From assembly GCA_965221775.1 (NCBI GenBank), contig CBDCSU010000004.1:160001-224000 (forward strand): a stretch of 64,000 nt of DNA. The letters are read 5' to 3'. The translations under genes were made by a program, and so were the position numbers. The notes below the pieces were generated by a model. The model made no database searches, was not told the DNA's origin, and saw only the letters and a list, made by a program, of their open reading frames with translations. Origin of the DNA: Candidatus Latescibacterota bacterium (lineage in GTDB: Bacteria > Latescibacterota > UBA2968 > UBA8231). Shown one piece after another: positions 26,206 through 36,050 of the stretch (the stretch's first letter is position 1; the number at the start of each line of letters is the position of its first letter).

Positions 26206-27026
26206 TGGGCACCGTCGACTCCCTGCGGGACCAGGTCCTCGACCGGGGCTTCTGCACTCTCGAAGACGTCATCCCCGCCGGCCGCGTCGGCACGGTCCGC
26301 GACGATGTGCTGCGGGCGGCGGCCTCCCACAACCGGGCCGACGCCCCGGCCAACCGCGGCGCCGTCTCCGGGCTGATCAACCACACCCAGGAGTTCGCGC
26401 CCTACCTGGCCGACCCGCGGCTGACGGGCCTGACCGAGGCCCTGCTGGGCCGGCCGGTGCGCGTCTCCTTCACCTCCACCATCATCAGCTACCCGGGGGC
26501 CGAGCGCCTGCAGTGGCACGCCGACTGGCCCTTCAACCAGAACAACGCCGGCCACATCCCGGCGCCCTACCTCGACGCCGTCGTCCACCTCACCTCGATC
26601 TGGATGCTCAGCGACTTCACCGTCGCCAACGGCGCCACCCTCATCGTGCCGGGCAGCCACCGCGAGCCGAACAACCCCACCGGCGGCAACGGCGTGCCCA
26701 TGTTCGAGCCGCACGCGGACGAGATCCACGTGGAGGGCAAGGCGGGGACGGTGATGGTCATGGACAGCCGCATGTGGCACGCCACCCCGGCCAACGACAG
26801 CGGCCAGATCCGCGTGGGGCTGGCGATCCGCTGGGCCCCGTGGTGGCTGAACCTCGACGTGCTGATGCCGGCCTCGGACGACCGCGCCCGCCAGCTGGAG
26901 GAGACGGGGGGCAAGGAGAACCAGGTGCCCCTGGTGGAGCCGGAGGTCTTCGCGGCCCTGCCGGCGGACGTGCAGCCCCTGTTCCGGCACTGGCTCCGCG
27001 GCGGCGGCAACTGGCCCGGGGCCTGA
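26205..27026 (+). CDS. Phytanoyl-CoA dioxygenase (PhyH) family protein
   Basis: WHADWPF, DFTVANGAT.IVPGSH and DSRMWH; TGATG overlap with the upstream gene. Confidence 0.88.
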   Translation: MGTVDSLRDQVLDRGFCTLEDVIPAGRVGTVRDDVLRAAASHNRADAPANRGAVSGLINHTQEFAPYLADPRLTGLTEALLGRPVRVSFTSTIISYPGAERLQWHADWPFNQNNAGHIPAPYLDAVVHLTSIWMLSDFTVANGATLIVPGSHREPNNPTGGNGVPMFEPHADEIHVEGKAGTVMVMDSRMWHATPANDSGQIRVGLAIRWAPWWLNLDVLMPASDDRARQLEETGGKENQVPLVEPEVFAALPADVQPLFRHWLRGGGNWPGA

Positions 27027-27219
27027 GTCCGGCCGCAGCCGCCCCAGCCCTCACCCGACGGCCTTCGGGGCGTCCGCTCCACCTGCCCTTCAGGCAGGAC
27101 CATGCCGCCTTGGGCCGGAGAAGCCCGAGGGTGTGGGCATCTCCTTGATGCGGCGAGGCGGTCCCTCCTCAACGGATGCGCGCCAAGTGACGGCCGGACC
27201 TTCCGCCGGAGCGCCCAGA

Positions 27220-27666
27220 CTACTCCGAGATCTCCTTCTCCATTCGTGCGGTCTGCAGGTGCTGTTCGATATTCACGACGATCTCTGCGGCGGTGTTCTT
27301 CTTCGTCACCGTCTCCAGCAGTCTGTTGTCCCGCGCATCGATGAGCAGGACCAGGCCGGTCTTGTTGTTGGCCTTCAAGTGCTCCTCCACCCCCAGGGCG
27401 GCCGCCAGGAGCCGGGCCTGGGCCGTCCGGGTCGAGTCGGTGACGTCCAGCTGCACGAAGAGGACGGGCTCGTCGGCGACCGCGGCCTGGACTTCCTTCA
27501 GGATGGGCACCAAGGTCTGGCAGGAGCCGCACCAGTCGGCGTGGACCTTGGCCACGTACAGGTCCGGGCCGCCTTCGCCTTCCACCGGGACCGCGGCGGC
27601 GAGGGTGGGGGCCGGGGCCAGCAGGAAGGCCAGGGCGGCGACGGCGAAGACGCATCGGGTCAGCAT
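27220..27666 (-). CDS. Exported thioredoxin-fold protein
   Basis: Signal peptide; HADWCGSC (CxxC) motif. Confidence 0.85.
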   Translation of the reverse strand: MLTRCVFAVAALAFLLAPAPTLAAAVPVEGEGGPDLYVAKVHADWCGSCQTLVPILKEVQAAVADEPVLFVQLDVTDSTRTAQARLLAAALGVEEHLKANNKTGLVLLIDARDNRLLETVTKKNTAAEIVVNIEQHLQTARMEKEISE

Positions 27667-27760
27667 GCAGATGTCCCTTCGAAATGAGGTTGGCGGGAGT
27701 CGGGAAGATCGCAGGTCCGTTGAAGGACGTCCGGCCTCGCCGGGGAGTTCCTCGCCCGTG

Positions 27761-28741
27761 CTAGCGCTTGACCACCGGGGCCATGGCCGCGATGTGCTCC
27801 GGCCCCGAGGCGCAGCAACCGCCGATGATCTGCGCCCCCATCTCCTTCCAGCGGCCGGCGAACTCGGCCATGCGCGAGGGGTAGTAGTCGGCGTTCTGCA
27901 GGATGTCGACGCCGGCGCTCGGCTTCTGGTTGGTCAGCATCGGCCGGTCGGCGAGGGGCCCGGTGGGGTTGTAGCCGAGGTTGGGGTAGGCCCCCACCGG
28001 ACCTGAGAAGGCTCGCCGCAGGATCGGCAGGCCGGCGGAGATGCTCTCGGGGTTGCTGCACATGAGCAGGACGGCGTCGACGGGATGTCCCTCGAGGGCG
28101 GCGGCCAGGTCGCCGAAGCTCTCGCCGTACTGCATGGCGCCGTCCTCCTGGATGTGGCGGACCCCGAGAAAGACCGGGAGTCCCGCCTCGCCGCAGGCGT
28201 CGACGGCGGCGACGCAGTCTTCGACGAAGCCCACGTACTCCGCCAGGATCAGGTCCGCCCCCTCGCCGGCCAGGAGCCTGGCGTGGTCGGCCCACTCTCG
28301 GCGGTACGGCTCCAGGCCCATGACGCGGATGTCCGATGAGGGGACATCCGCCGGCATCGGCCACTGGAGACAGGGCGCGGCGATCCCGCCGGCCACGTAT
28401 CCCGAGCCGCCCATGGAGTCGCGGGCCTCGACGGCGTTGCGGACCGCCGCCGCGGCGTAGGTCCGCCAGGCGCGGCTCTCGCCGATGGTGCCGAGACGGG
28501 ACGGCGTCGTCCAGAAGTTGTTGCTGGTGATGATGTCGGCGCCGACCCGCAGGTAGTCGGAGTGCACCTGGCGGACCACGTCGGCGTACTCCACGTTGGC
28601 CGTAGCCGACCACGCCTTGAGCCGGTTCCCGGCTTCCTTGAGCACATCGGCGCCGCGGCGCTGCAACTCCGAGCCGGTGCCGCCGTCGAGCAGCAGCATC
28701 TCGCCCCGGCCCAGGGGCTCATTGATTCTCCGAGGAGCCAT
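27761..28741 (-). CDS. Homocysteine S-methyltransferase family protein
   Basis: LLDGGTGSEL, H.DYL.VGADII, LMCS, GAYPN and IIGGCC zinc ligands. Confidence 0.88.
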   Translation of the reverse strand: MAPRRINEPLGRGEMLLLDGGTGSELQRRGADVLKEAGNRLKAWSATANVEYADVVRQVHSDYLRVGADIITSNNFWTTPSRLGTIGESRAWRTYAAAAVRNAVEARDSMGGSGYVAGGIAAPCLQWPMPADVPSSDIRVMGLEPYRREWADHARLLAGEGADLILAEYVGFVEDCVAAVDACGEAGLPVFLGVRHIQEDGAMQYGESFGDLAAALEGHPVDAVLLMCSNPESISAGLPILRRAFSGPVGAYPNLGYNPTGPLADRPMLTNQKPSAGVDILQNADYYPSRMAEFAGRWKEMGAQIIGGCCASGPEHIAAMAPVVKR

Positions 28742-28775
28742 CGGGTCTGCCTCCGGTGCTCGGTGAACGTACCAT

Positions 28776-31250
28776 CTACTCCAGGTGAACGAGACGCCGT
28801 GTCTGGCGCCCGCCAGGGTAGCGCAGGGCGGCGAGGTAGACCCCGGCCGCCAGCGCCCGGCCCGATTCGTCCCGGGCATCCCAGTGGACGCGGTGCCATC
28901 CGGAGGCCTGGACCTGGTCGACCAGGGTGCGCACGACCTGACCGAGAAGGTTGTGGACCTCCAGGCGCACCGGACCGGCCTCGGTCAGACGGTAGGGGAT
29001 GGAGGTGCCGGCGTTGAAGGGGTTGGGGAAGGAGGGGTCGAGGCCGCTGGCCGCGGGCCCCGCCGGGGCCGCGGCCGGTTTGGCGGCGGCGAGGGATTCG
29101 ACGGTATCCAGGCGGACGGTGCCGCTCATGGCGAAATACAGCACGTGACGCCGGTGGGGGTTGAGGGGTATGCTGTGCCAGCGCCCCGCTACCTGCCCGT
29201 CGGGGGTGCGGGCGCGGGCCTGATAGAGACCGGTGACGCCGGGGGGAGAGAGGGAGGTCATGGTGAGCAGCAGGCTCCCGTCCCTGTCGGTGCGGCCGCT
29301 CCAGACGTAGTCGGGGCGGCGGCCGGAGATGGCGCGAGAGAACTCGAGGGTGAGGCCGGGGTCGGCGTCGCCGTGGAGAGTGGCCAGTATCGTTGCGGTA
29401 TCGTGGCAGGGAGGCAGTTGGTCGACCCATGGGGCCAGGGGCCTGGGCACGCATCCGGAGAGCCGAAGGCCCTGGACACGCAGGTCCTGCAGCCGCGTGA
29501 GCCAGACCAGTTCCGGGGGGAATCGGCCCGCCAGGCCGGTCTCGTGGAGGAAGAGGAGCCGCAGCTGGGCCAGCTTGCCCAGCTCGCGCGGAATCGGGCC
29601 GGTCAGGGCGTTGCCGGAGAGAAGCAGTTCCCGGAGCCGGGTCAAGTGGCCCAGACCGGGCGGGATGGACCCGGTCAGGCGGTTGTCGTGCAGCCACAAC
29701 AGCTCCAGGTGCTCCAGTTGGTCGAGGGGGGGGATTTCTCCCGTCAGGGCGTTGCCCGAAAGGAGCAGCACACTCAACTGGCTCAGCAGCCCCAGTTCGG
29801 GCGGGATCGGTCCGGTGAGCTGGTTGTCGTGCAGCAGCAGGTACGCGAGCCGGCTCGGTCCCCCCAACTCGGGCGGGACCGGACCGCTCAGGCCGTTGCC
29901 GTGGAGTCCAAGACTCCGCAGCTCTGTCAGTCCGCCCAACTCGGGGGGAATCGTCCCGGTCAGGTGGTTGCCCGAGAGGAGCAGCTCGCGGAGGTCCGTC
30001 AGGTCGCTCAACTGAGGGGGGATCGTTCCTGTCAGCTGGTTGTCCTGGAGCCACAGGAACTGCAGGTTGGCGAGCCGGCCGATCTCCGCAGGGATCGGCC
30101 CCGTCAAGCCGTTGCCATGGAGCAGCAACAAGCCGAGCGAGGTCAGTTGGCCGAGCTCGGGTGGGATCGGCCCCGTCAACTGGTTCCCGGACAGGACCAA
30201 CTCCACGAGCTCGGGCATCTGACCGAGTTCCGCGGGGATGCGCCCGGTCAGGGCATTGGAGCTGAGATCCAACTTCTGCAGGTTCGTCAGGCGGGCCAGG
30301 TCCGGAGGTATCCCTCCGGTCAACCGATTGGAGTGGAGGCCCAGCTCGCGCAGGCTGGCCAGCTGCGCCAGCTGGGAGGGAACGGGTCCCGTCAACTCGT
30401 TGTCGGACAGCAGCAGCCAGTTCAACTTGGCCAGCAGGGCCAGCTCGGTCGGAATCAACCCCGTCAATCCGTTGGCCTGAAGGGCCAACAGCTCCAACTC
30501 CGCCAGTCGGCTCAGCCGGGGTGGAATGGCGCCCGTCAACCCGTTGTCGTGGAGATACAGGGCCGTCAGGTTGGACAACTCACTCAGTTCGGGGGGAATC
30601 GACCCTGTCAGTTCGTTGCCGCGGAGGTTGAGCACCCTCAGCTCCCGCAGTTGTCCCAGCTCGGGGGGGATGGCACCCGTCAAGCCGTTGCCGTGGAGAT
30701 ACAACCCCTGAAGGTTGGCCAAGCCGCTCAGCTCGGGGGGGATCGGACCCGCAAGCTCGTTGTGGGACAGCGCCAGCCACCGCAGGCCCGCGATCTGCCC
30801 TATCTCGGGCGGGATCGGCCCCGTCAGCTCGTTCTGGAAGATGTAGAGTGTTTCCAGGTTGGTCAGTTGTCCGAGCTGTGGGGGCAGCGTGCCCGACAGC
30901 CTCATGCCCGCCAGGACCAGCCGCCGGACGTGGGTGTGATCGACCCAGACCCCCCTCCATCTGGTAATCGGCCTCTCCGGCGACCAGTTCAGGAAAGCGT
31001 CCCCGGCCAGCTCGTCGCGGAGCCCGAGGAGCACCTCGCAGTCGGCCACCAGCAAGGCGTGGTCTTCCGGCTCGGGCACGACAATGCCGTTGGTGCACGG
31101 GTTCGGGAGCGGGTCTTCCCCGGCCGCCATCCGTCCTGGCCATCCGGCCGCGCAAGCGATGAGAAGCGCCACGGCTGGCCGGACGAAGCGAGCCCGGGGA
31201 CGGATGTGAGGCTCGCGGTCCGTCCCGGCCGGCGAAGTACTGCATTCCAT
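28776..31250 (-). CDS. Secreted leucine-rich-repeat protein with C-terminal FlgD-Ig/T9SS-like domain
   Basis: Signal-like N-terminus, cap LNWS...WRGV, about 21 LRRs of 24 aa, and C-terminal FPNPFN...HNLLGQVVRTL...WDARD..G..LAAGVY. Confidence 0.9.
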   Translation of the reverse strand: MECSTSPAGTDREPHIRPRARFVRPAVALLIACAAGWPGRMAAGEDPLPNPCTNGIVVPEPEDHALLVADCEVLLGLRDELAGDAFLNWSPERPITRWRGVWVDHTHVRRLVLAGMRLSGTLPPQLGQLTNLETLYIFQNELTGPIPPEIGQIAGLRWLALSHNELAGPIPPELSGLANLQGLYLHGNGLTGAIPPELGQLRELRVLNLRGNELTGSIPPELSELSNLTALYLHDNGLTGAIPPRLSRLAELELLALQANGLTGLIPTELALLAKLNWLLLSDNELTGPVPSQLAQLASLRELGLHSNRLTGGIPPDLARLTNLQKLDLSSNALTGRIPAELGQMPELVELVLSGNQLTGPIPPELGQLTSLGLLLLHGNGLTGPIPAEIGRLANLQFLWLQDNQLTGTIPPQLSDLTDLRELLLSGNHLTGTIPPELGGLTELRSLGLHGNGLSGPVPPELGGPSRLAYLLLHDNQLTGPIPPELGLLSQLSVLLLSGNALTGEIPPLDQLEHLELLWLHDNRLTGSIPPGLGHLTRLRELLLSGNALTGPIPRELGKLAQLRLLFLHETGLAGRFPPELVWLTRLQDLRVQGLRLSGCVPRPLAPWVDQLPPCHDTATILATLHGDADPGLTLEFSRAISGRRPDYVWSGRTDRDGSLLLTMTSLSPPGVTGLYQARARTPDGQVAGRWHSIPLNPHRRHVLYFAMSGTVRLDTVESLAAAKPAAAPAGPAASGLDPSFPNPFNAGTSIPYRLTEAGPVRLEVHNLLGQVVRTLVDQVQASGWHRVHWDARDESGRALAAGVYLAALRYPGGRQTRRLVHLE
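29445..30920 (-). repeat. ~21 tandem 72-nt coding repeats (plant-type LRR LxxLxLxxNxLTGxIPxxLG)
   Basis: Counted 21 L(T/S/A)GxxP cores in the translation. Confidence 0.9.
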
Positions 31251-31336
31251 GATCTGTTCCAGAGATGGCCGCCAGGATGGTCGTCCGCTTAGATTCGGCC
31301 CATGTCAGCCTCGACCGTCAAGGGAGATCCTAGTCC

Positions 31337-33625
31337 ATGCGCGACTACGAAGCCAACGCCGTCCTGTCGACGAAGGAGTACCGCGTCGTGGGGCGCCGTC
31401 CGGTGCGCCACGACGGCACCGACAAGGTGACGGGCAAGGCGCGCTACGGCGCCGACATGGTCCTGCCGCGGATGCTCCACGGCCGGATCCTGCGCTCGCC
31501 TCACGCCCACGCCCGCCTCGAGTCCCTCGACACGAGCCGCGCCGAGGCCGCCCCCGGAGTGAAGGCGGTGATCACGGCCCGGGACTTCCCGGAACCGGGT
31601 GAGCCGCCCGGCTCCTTCCAGCTGCTCAACCTGATGGCCCGGGACAAGGTGCTCTACAAAGGGCACGCCGTCGCCGCCGTCGCCGCCGCCAGTCCCCACG
31701 AGGCCGAAGAGGCCCTCGACCTGATCGACGTGAGATACACGCCGCTCCCGGCGGTCTTCGACGCGCCGCAGGCCATGGCCGATGGCGCCCCCCTGCTCCA
31801 CGAGGACCTGCAGGAGGCCATCGACCCGGACAGCCTCGACCTGGAGACCTGGCCCCCCAACGTGGGCAACCATCTCGAGAGCGAGATCGGCGACGTTGAC
31901 GAGGGTTTCCGCCGGGCCGAGGTGATCGTGGAGAAGAGCACCACCACGAAGGCCGTGCACCAGGGATACATCGAGCCCCACGCGGGCACCGCCATGTGGC
32001 ACGAGGACGGCCGCCTGACGATCTGGAGCAGCAGCCAGGGCCACTTCTCGGTGCGCGAGCAGACGGCCCGGGTCTGCGGGGTGCCGGTGTCGCAGGTGCG
32101 CGCCGTGCCGCTCGAGATCGGCGGCGGCTTCGGCGCCAAGCTGCGGGTCTACGTGGAGCCGGTGGCGGCCCTGCTGGCGCGCAAGGCAGGGGTGCCGGTG
32201 AAGGTCGCCATGACCCGCGCCGAGGTCTTCGAGGCCACGGGGCCCGCCTCGGGCACGCAGATCCAGGTGCGCCTGGGGGCCACCCGCCACGGCCGCCTCA
32301 CCGCCGCCTCGGCCCGCCTGGTCTACGAGGCCGGCTGCTTCCCCGGCTCCTCCGTGGGAGCGGGGATGCGCTGCATGCTCTCGCCCTACGCCATCCCGCA
32401 CGCCGCCATCGAGGGCTTCGACGTGGTGGTCAACCGCCCGAAGACCGCCGCCTACCGGGCGCCGGGTACGCCGGCGGCGGCCTACGCCGTGGAGACCGCC
32501 CTCGACGAGCTGGCCGAGCGGCTGGGCATGGACCCCCTCGAGCTGCGCCTGAAGAACTGCGCCGCCGAGGGCACGCGCACCATCGCCGGGACGGCCCTGC
32601 CCAAGGTCGGGTTCGCCGAGGTCCTGGAAGCGGCGCGGGACCACCACCACTTCCGCACACCTCTCGAGGGAGCGTGGAGGGGGCGGGGCGTGGCCAGCGG
32701 CTACTGGGGCAACGGCTCCGGCCCTTCGAGCGCCGTGGCGGTGGTCCACGCCGACGGCACCGTGCACCTGGCCGAGGGCTCGCCCGACATCGGCGGCACC
32801 CGTACCTCGGTGGCGCAGCAGTTCGCCGAGACCCTGGGCGTGGCCGTGGAGGACGTGCGCCCCGAGGTGGCCGACACCGACTCGGTGGGCCAGACCTCCA
32901 ACACCGGCGGCAGCGGCGTCACCTTCAAGACCGGCCACGCGGCGATCGCCGCCGCCGAGGACGTGAAGCGCCAGTTGGTGGAGAGGGCCGCGCGCATCTG
33001 GGAGTGCGACCCCGCGCAGGTGAGCTGCACCGGCGGTGTGCTGACGCACGCGGGCGACCCGGAGCTGCGGCTCACCATGAAGGAGATCGCCGCCGGCGCC
33101 GCCACCACGGGCGGCCCCATCGTCGGCCGGGCCGGGGTCAGCCCCTCGGGCGCCGGCCCCGCCCTGGCGACGCACATCGTCGACGTCGAGGTCGACCCCG
33201 AGACCGGCAAGGTGGAGATCCTGCGCTACACCGCCGTGCAGGACGCCGGCAAGGCGATCCACCCGGGCTACGTGGAGGGCCAGATCCAGGGCGCCGTCGC
33301 CCAGGGGGTGGGCTGGGCGTTGAACGAGGAGTACTTCACCAACGCCGAGGGCGTCATGGAGAACTCCACCTTCCTCGACTACCGCATGCCCACCAGCCTC
33401 GACCTGCCCATGGTCGACACGGTGATCGTCGAGGTCCCCAACCCCGGCCACCCCTACGGCGTGCGCGGCGTCGGCGAGGTGCCGATCGTGCCGCCCCTGG
33501 CGGCGGTGGCCAACGCCGTGTACGCCGCCACCGGCGCCCGCATCGACGACCTGCCCATGAACCCGCCGGCGGTGGCGGCGGCCGTCGCGCGGGTCCAGGA
33601 AGAGCGGCTGGCGGCGGGGGGTTGA
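31337..33625 (+). CDS. Xanthine dehydrogenase family molybdopterin-binding subunit
   Basis: KVTGKARY, LRSPHAHA, IGGGFGAK, AYRAPG, VEGQIQG and RGVGE. Confidence 0.92.
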   Translation: MRDYEANAVLSTKEYRVVGRRPVRHDGTDKVTGKARYGADMVLPRMLHGRILRSPHAHARLESLDTSRAEAAPGVKAVITARDFPEPGEPPGSFQLLNLMARDKVLYKGHAVAAVAAASPHEAEEALDLIDVRYTPLPAVFDAPQAMADGAPLLHEDLQEAIDPDSLDLETWPPNVGNHLESEIGDVDEGFRRAEVIVEKSTTTKAVHQGYIEPHAGTAMWHEDGRLTIWSSSQGHFSVREQTARVCGVPVSQVRAVPLEIGGGFGAKLRVYVEPVAALLARKAGVPVKVAMTRAEVFEATGPASGTQIQVRLGATRHGRLTAASARLVYEAGCFPGSSVGAGMRCMLSPYAIPHAAIEGFDVVVNRPKTAAYRAPGTPAAAYAVETALDELAERLGMDPLELRLKNCAAEGTRTIAGTALPKVGFAEVLEAARDHHHFRTPLEGAWRGRGVASGYWGNGSGPSSAVAVVHADGTVHLAEGSPDIGGTRTSVAQQFAETLGVAVEDVRPEVADTDSVGQTSNTGGSGVTFKTGHAAIAAAEDVKRQLVERAARIWECDPAQVSCTGGVLTHAGDPELRLTMKEIAAGAATTGGPIVGRAGVSPSGAGPALATHIVDVEVDPETGKVEILRYTAVQDAGKAIHPGYVEGQIQGAVAQGVGWALNEEYFTNAEGVMENSTFLDYRMPTSLDLPMVDTVIVEVPNPGHPYGVRGVGEVPIVPPLAAVANAVYAATGARIDDLPMNPPAVAAAVARVQEERLAAGG

Positions 33626-33627
33626 GG

Positions 33628-36027
33628 GTGAAGGCCTACCCGCAGCCGGAGCCGGTCTTCGGAGAAGCGCGGTGGATCACCGTGCCGGGGCCGCAGCCGC
33701 GGAACTGCACCTTTCTCGCCCGCCGCGGCTTCACGGTGGCCCGGGTTCCTCCGGCGGCGACCCTGCTCATCGCCGCGGAGGCGCGCTACGCGGCGTACCT
33801 CAACGGCCGCTACCTCGGCTCGGGGCCGGCCCGCGGCACCCACTACCGCTACTTCTACGACAGCTACGACGTCGGCGGATTGCTGGCGGAGGGCCGCAAC
33901 ACCCTGGCCGTGCGCGTCCACTGTCCCCTCGGCGGCACCACCGGCACGGTGCCGCCGCCGCTGCCGGCGCTGATCGCGCGCCTCGACCCGCTGGTCGTCA
34001 GCGACGCCTCCTGGCAGGTCTGCGCCGACCCGGCCCATCGCGCCGACGCCCTCCTCTACAACCTCCACATCGGCTACTCCGAGTACCGCGACCTGCGCCG
34101 CGATCCCGAGGGCTGGGAGGTGGGCGAGGACCGCTTCGCCGGTTGGCTGCAGGCGCGCGAGGTGGGCGCCGCCGGGGAAGCTCTCGACGGCCGCGTGCTC
34201 ACCCCGAGGGACATCCCGCCCCTCGCCGGGCGCCACTACCGGCCGGCGCGCATCGTCGACACCGGCGCCGTGCCGCTCCACCGCCCGGGGATCGAGGACG
34301 ACCTGGACTACGCCGGGCTCATGCAGGTGGAGATGCACCTCGGCCTCTCCCACGAGCTCTTCAACGACATCGAGGCTCTCACCCGGGGAGGGACCGCGAC
34401 CGTCATGCCCTCGCCGCGGCTCACCACCCTGGCGGCGGGGGAGGGCGCCTACCTGATCGCCGACTTCGAGCGCGCCGTCTGCGGGCACCTGGTGCTCGAC
34501 ATCGAGGCCCCCGCCGGCACCATCGTCGACGTCGGCTACGACGAGGCCCTCGGCAACGGGCGGCTGGACCCGAAGCGGTTCAACCCCCTCGGACCGATCT
34601 ACCGCTTCGCCGACCGGTTCATCCTGCGGGCCGGCCGGCAGCGGGTGGCCAGCCGGCTCCACGACCGCGGCGCGCGCGTCGTGCAGCTCACTCTGCGCCG
34701 GTTCTCCGAGCCGGTCCGCGTCCACGGACTGGAACTGGTGGACCGCGTCTACCCGCTGCCTCTGCAGGCCTCCTTCCAGTGCGATCAGCCCTTCCTCAAC
34801 CGGCTCTGGGAGAAAGCCGCCGCCACCGTGGCCGCCTGCAGCACCGATCTCTTCATCGACTGTCCGTGGCGCGAGCAGACCTTCTGGCTCGACGACTACT
34901 ACGAGGAGAACCTCTACTACCTCTGCCTCACCGCCGAGCGCACCTTCCTGGAGCGCAACCTGCGGGTGAGCGCCGAGGCGGCTTTCGACAACGGCCAGAT
35001 GCCCGGCAGATATCCGTCGGCCCGCGACGAGCGGCTGCCGGTGACCACCGCCAACTGGATCATGGTCCTGGCCGACTACTACCGGTACACCGGCGACCTG
35101 GTGCTGGTGCGCGAGCTGCTGCCGGCGGCCGACGCCGCCCTGGGGTGGTTCGACTCCCTGCGCGACACCGACCTGCTGGTGCCCGACCAGACCGACCAGT
35201 GGAACTTCATCGACTGGGGGTACGACACGGCGGGCATCCAGCTCGGCGGCAAGACGGCGGTCCTCAACATGCTGGTGGCCGCGGTCTGCGGGGAGGCGGC
35301 GCGGCTCCACGAGGCGGCCGGCGACCCGGCGCGGGCGCGGCACCTGGAGGCGCGCTCCCGGGAGACCGTGGCCGCCCTGCTGAAGACCCTGTGGGATCCC
35401 GAAGAACGCCGCCTCCTCGACTGCACCGAGCCCGGAGGCGGCCGGCCCACCTCCAGCCAGATCCCCCACGCCCTCGGCCTCTACTACGGCCTGCTGGAGG
35501 GCGGGCACCGCGAGGCGGCGCTGCAGGCCCTTCTCGATCCAGAGGTGGTCCGCGCCGAGCTCGGCTACCAGTACTTCGTGCTCGCCTCCCTGGCGCGCGC
35601 CGGCCGCGGCGACCGCGCCCTGGCCGTGCTGCGCGAGGTGTGGGGCGGGATGGTGGCCGCCGACACGCCGACCCTGTGGGAGGTCGTCGACGGCCGCTCC
35701 TCCATGAGCGGCTGCGGCAGCCTGTGCCACGCGTACGCCTGCGCCCCCCTGCCGATCCTGCAGAGCACGGTCCTCGGCGTCACTCCGCTGAGCCCGGGGT
35801 TCGCCGAGTTCCGCTTCGCCCCCCGGGGCCCGGGGATCCGCTGGGCCGAGGGCAAGGTGCCGACGCCCCACGGCGCGGTGGAGGTGGCCTGGTCGCAACG
35901 CGAGTCCGACGAACCTCTGGAGGCCACCATCGCGGTGCCGGAGGGGGCGGTTGCGGTCTGCGCCGATGGGCGGCGCCTCGGGGCGGGGACCCACGGCCTG
36001 CGGATCGCCGCGGAAGAGTCGGCCTGA
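33628..36027 (+). CDS. Alpha-L-rhamnosidase (GH78)-like glycoside hydrolase
   Basis: YLNG..LG.GP, DCPWREQ, FIDW, TLWE, SLCHAY and VPTPHG; GTG start at 33628. Confidence 0.85.
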   Translation: MKAYPQPEPVFGEARWITVPGPQPRNCTFLARRGFTVARVPPAATLLIAAEARYAAYLNGRYLGSGPARGTHYRYFYDSYDVGGLLAEGRNTLAVRVHCPLGGTTGTVPPPLPALIARLDPLVVSDASWQVCADPAHRADALLYNLHIGYSEYRDLRRDPEGWEVGEDRFAGWLQAREVGAAGEALDGRVLTPRDIPPLAGRHYRPARIVDTGAVPLHRPGIEDDLDYAGLMQVEMHLGLSHELFNDIEALTRGGTATVMPSPRLTTLAAGEGAYLIADFERAVCGHLVLDIEAPAGTIVDVGYDEALGNGRLDPKRFNPLGPIYRFADRFILRAGRQRVASRLHDRGARVVQLTLRRFSEPVRVHGLELVDRVYPLPLQASFQCDQPFLNRLWEKAAATVAACSTDLFIDCPWREQTFWLDDYYEENLYYLCLTAERTFLERNLRVSAEAAFDNGQMPGRYPSARDERLPVTTANWIMVLADYYRYTGDLVLVRELLPAADAALGWFDSLRDTDLLVPDQTDQWNFIDWGYDTAGIQLGGKTAVLNMLVAAVCGEAARLHEAAGDPARARHLEARSRETVAALLKTLWDPEERRLLDCTEPGGGRPTSSQIPHALGLYYGLLEGGHREAALQALLDPEVVRAELGYQYFVLASLARAGRGDRALAVLREVWGGMVAADTPTLWEVVDGRSSMSGCGSLCHAYACAPLPILQSTVLGVTPLSPGFAEFRFAPRGPGIRWAEGKVPTPHGAVEVAWSQRESDEPLEATIAVPEGAVAVCADGRRLGAGTHGLRIAAEESA

Positions 36028-36050
36028 GCAGCGTCTTGGATGTGTCCGCC

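Noticed and set aside
29445-30920. 72-nt periodic repeats as a CRISPR-like or non-coding array
   Set aside because: The repeats are degenerate, in frame and encode LRRs; there are no identical repeats with unique spacers and no cas genes.
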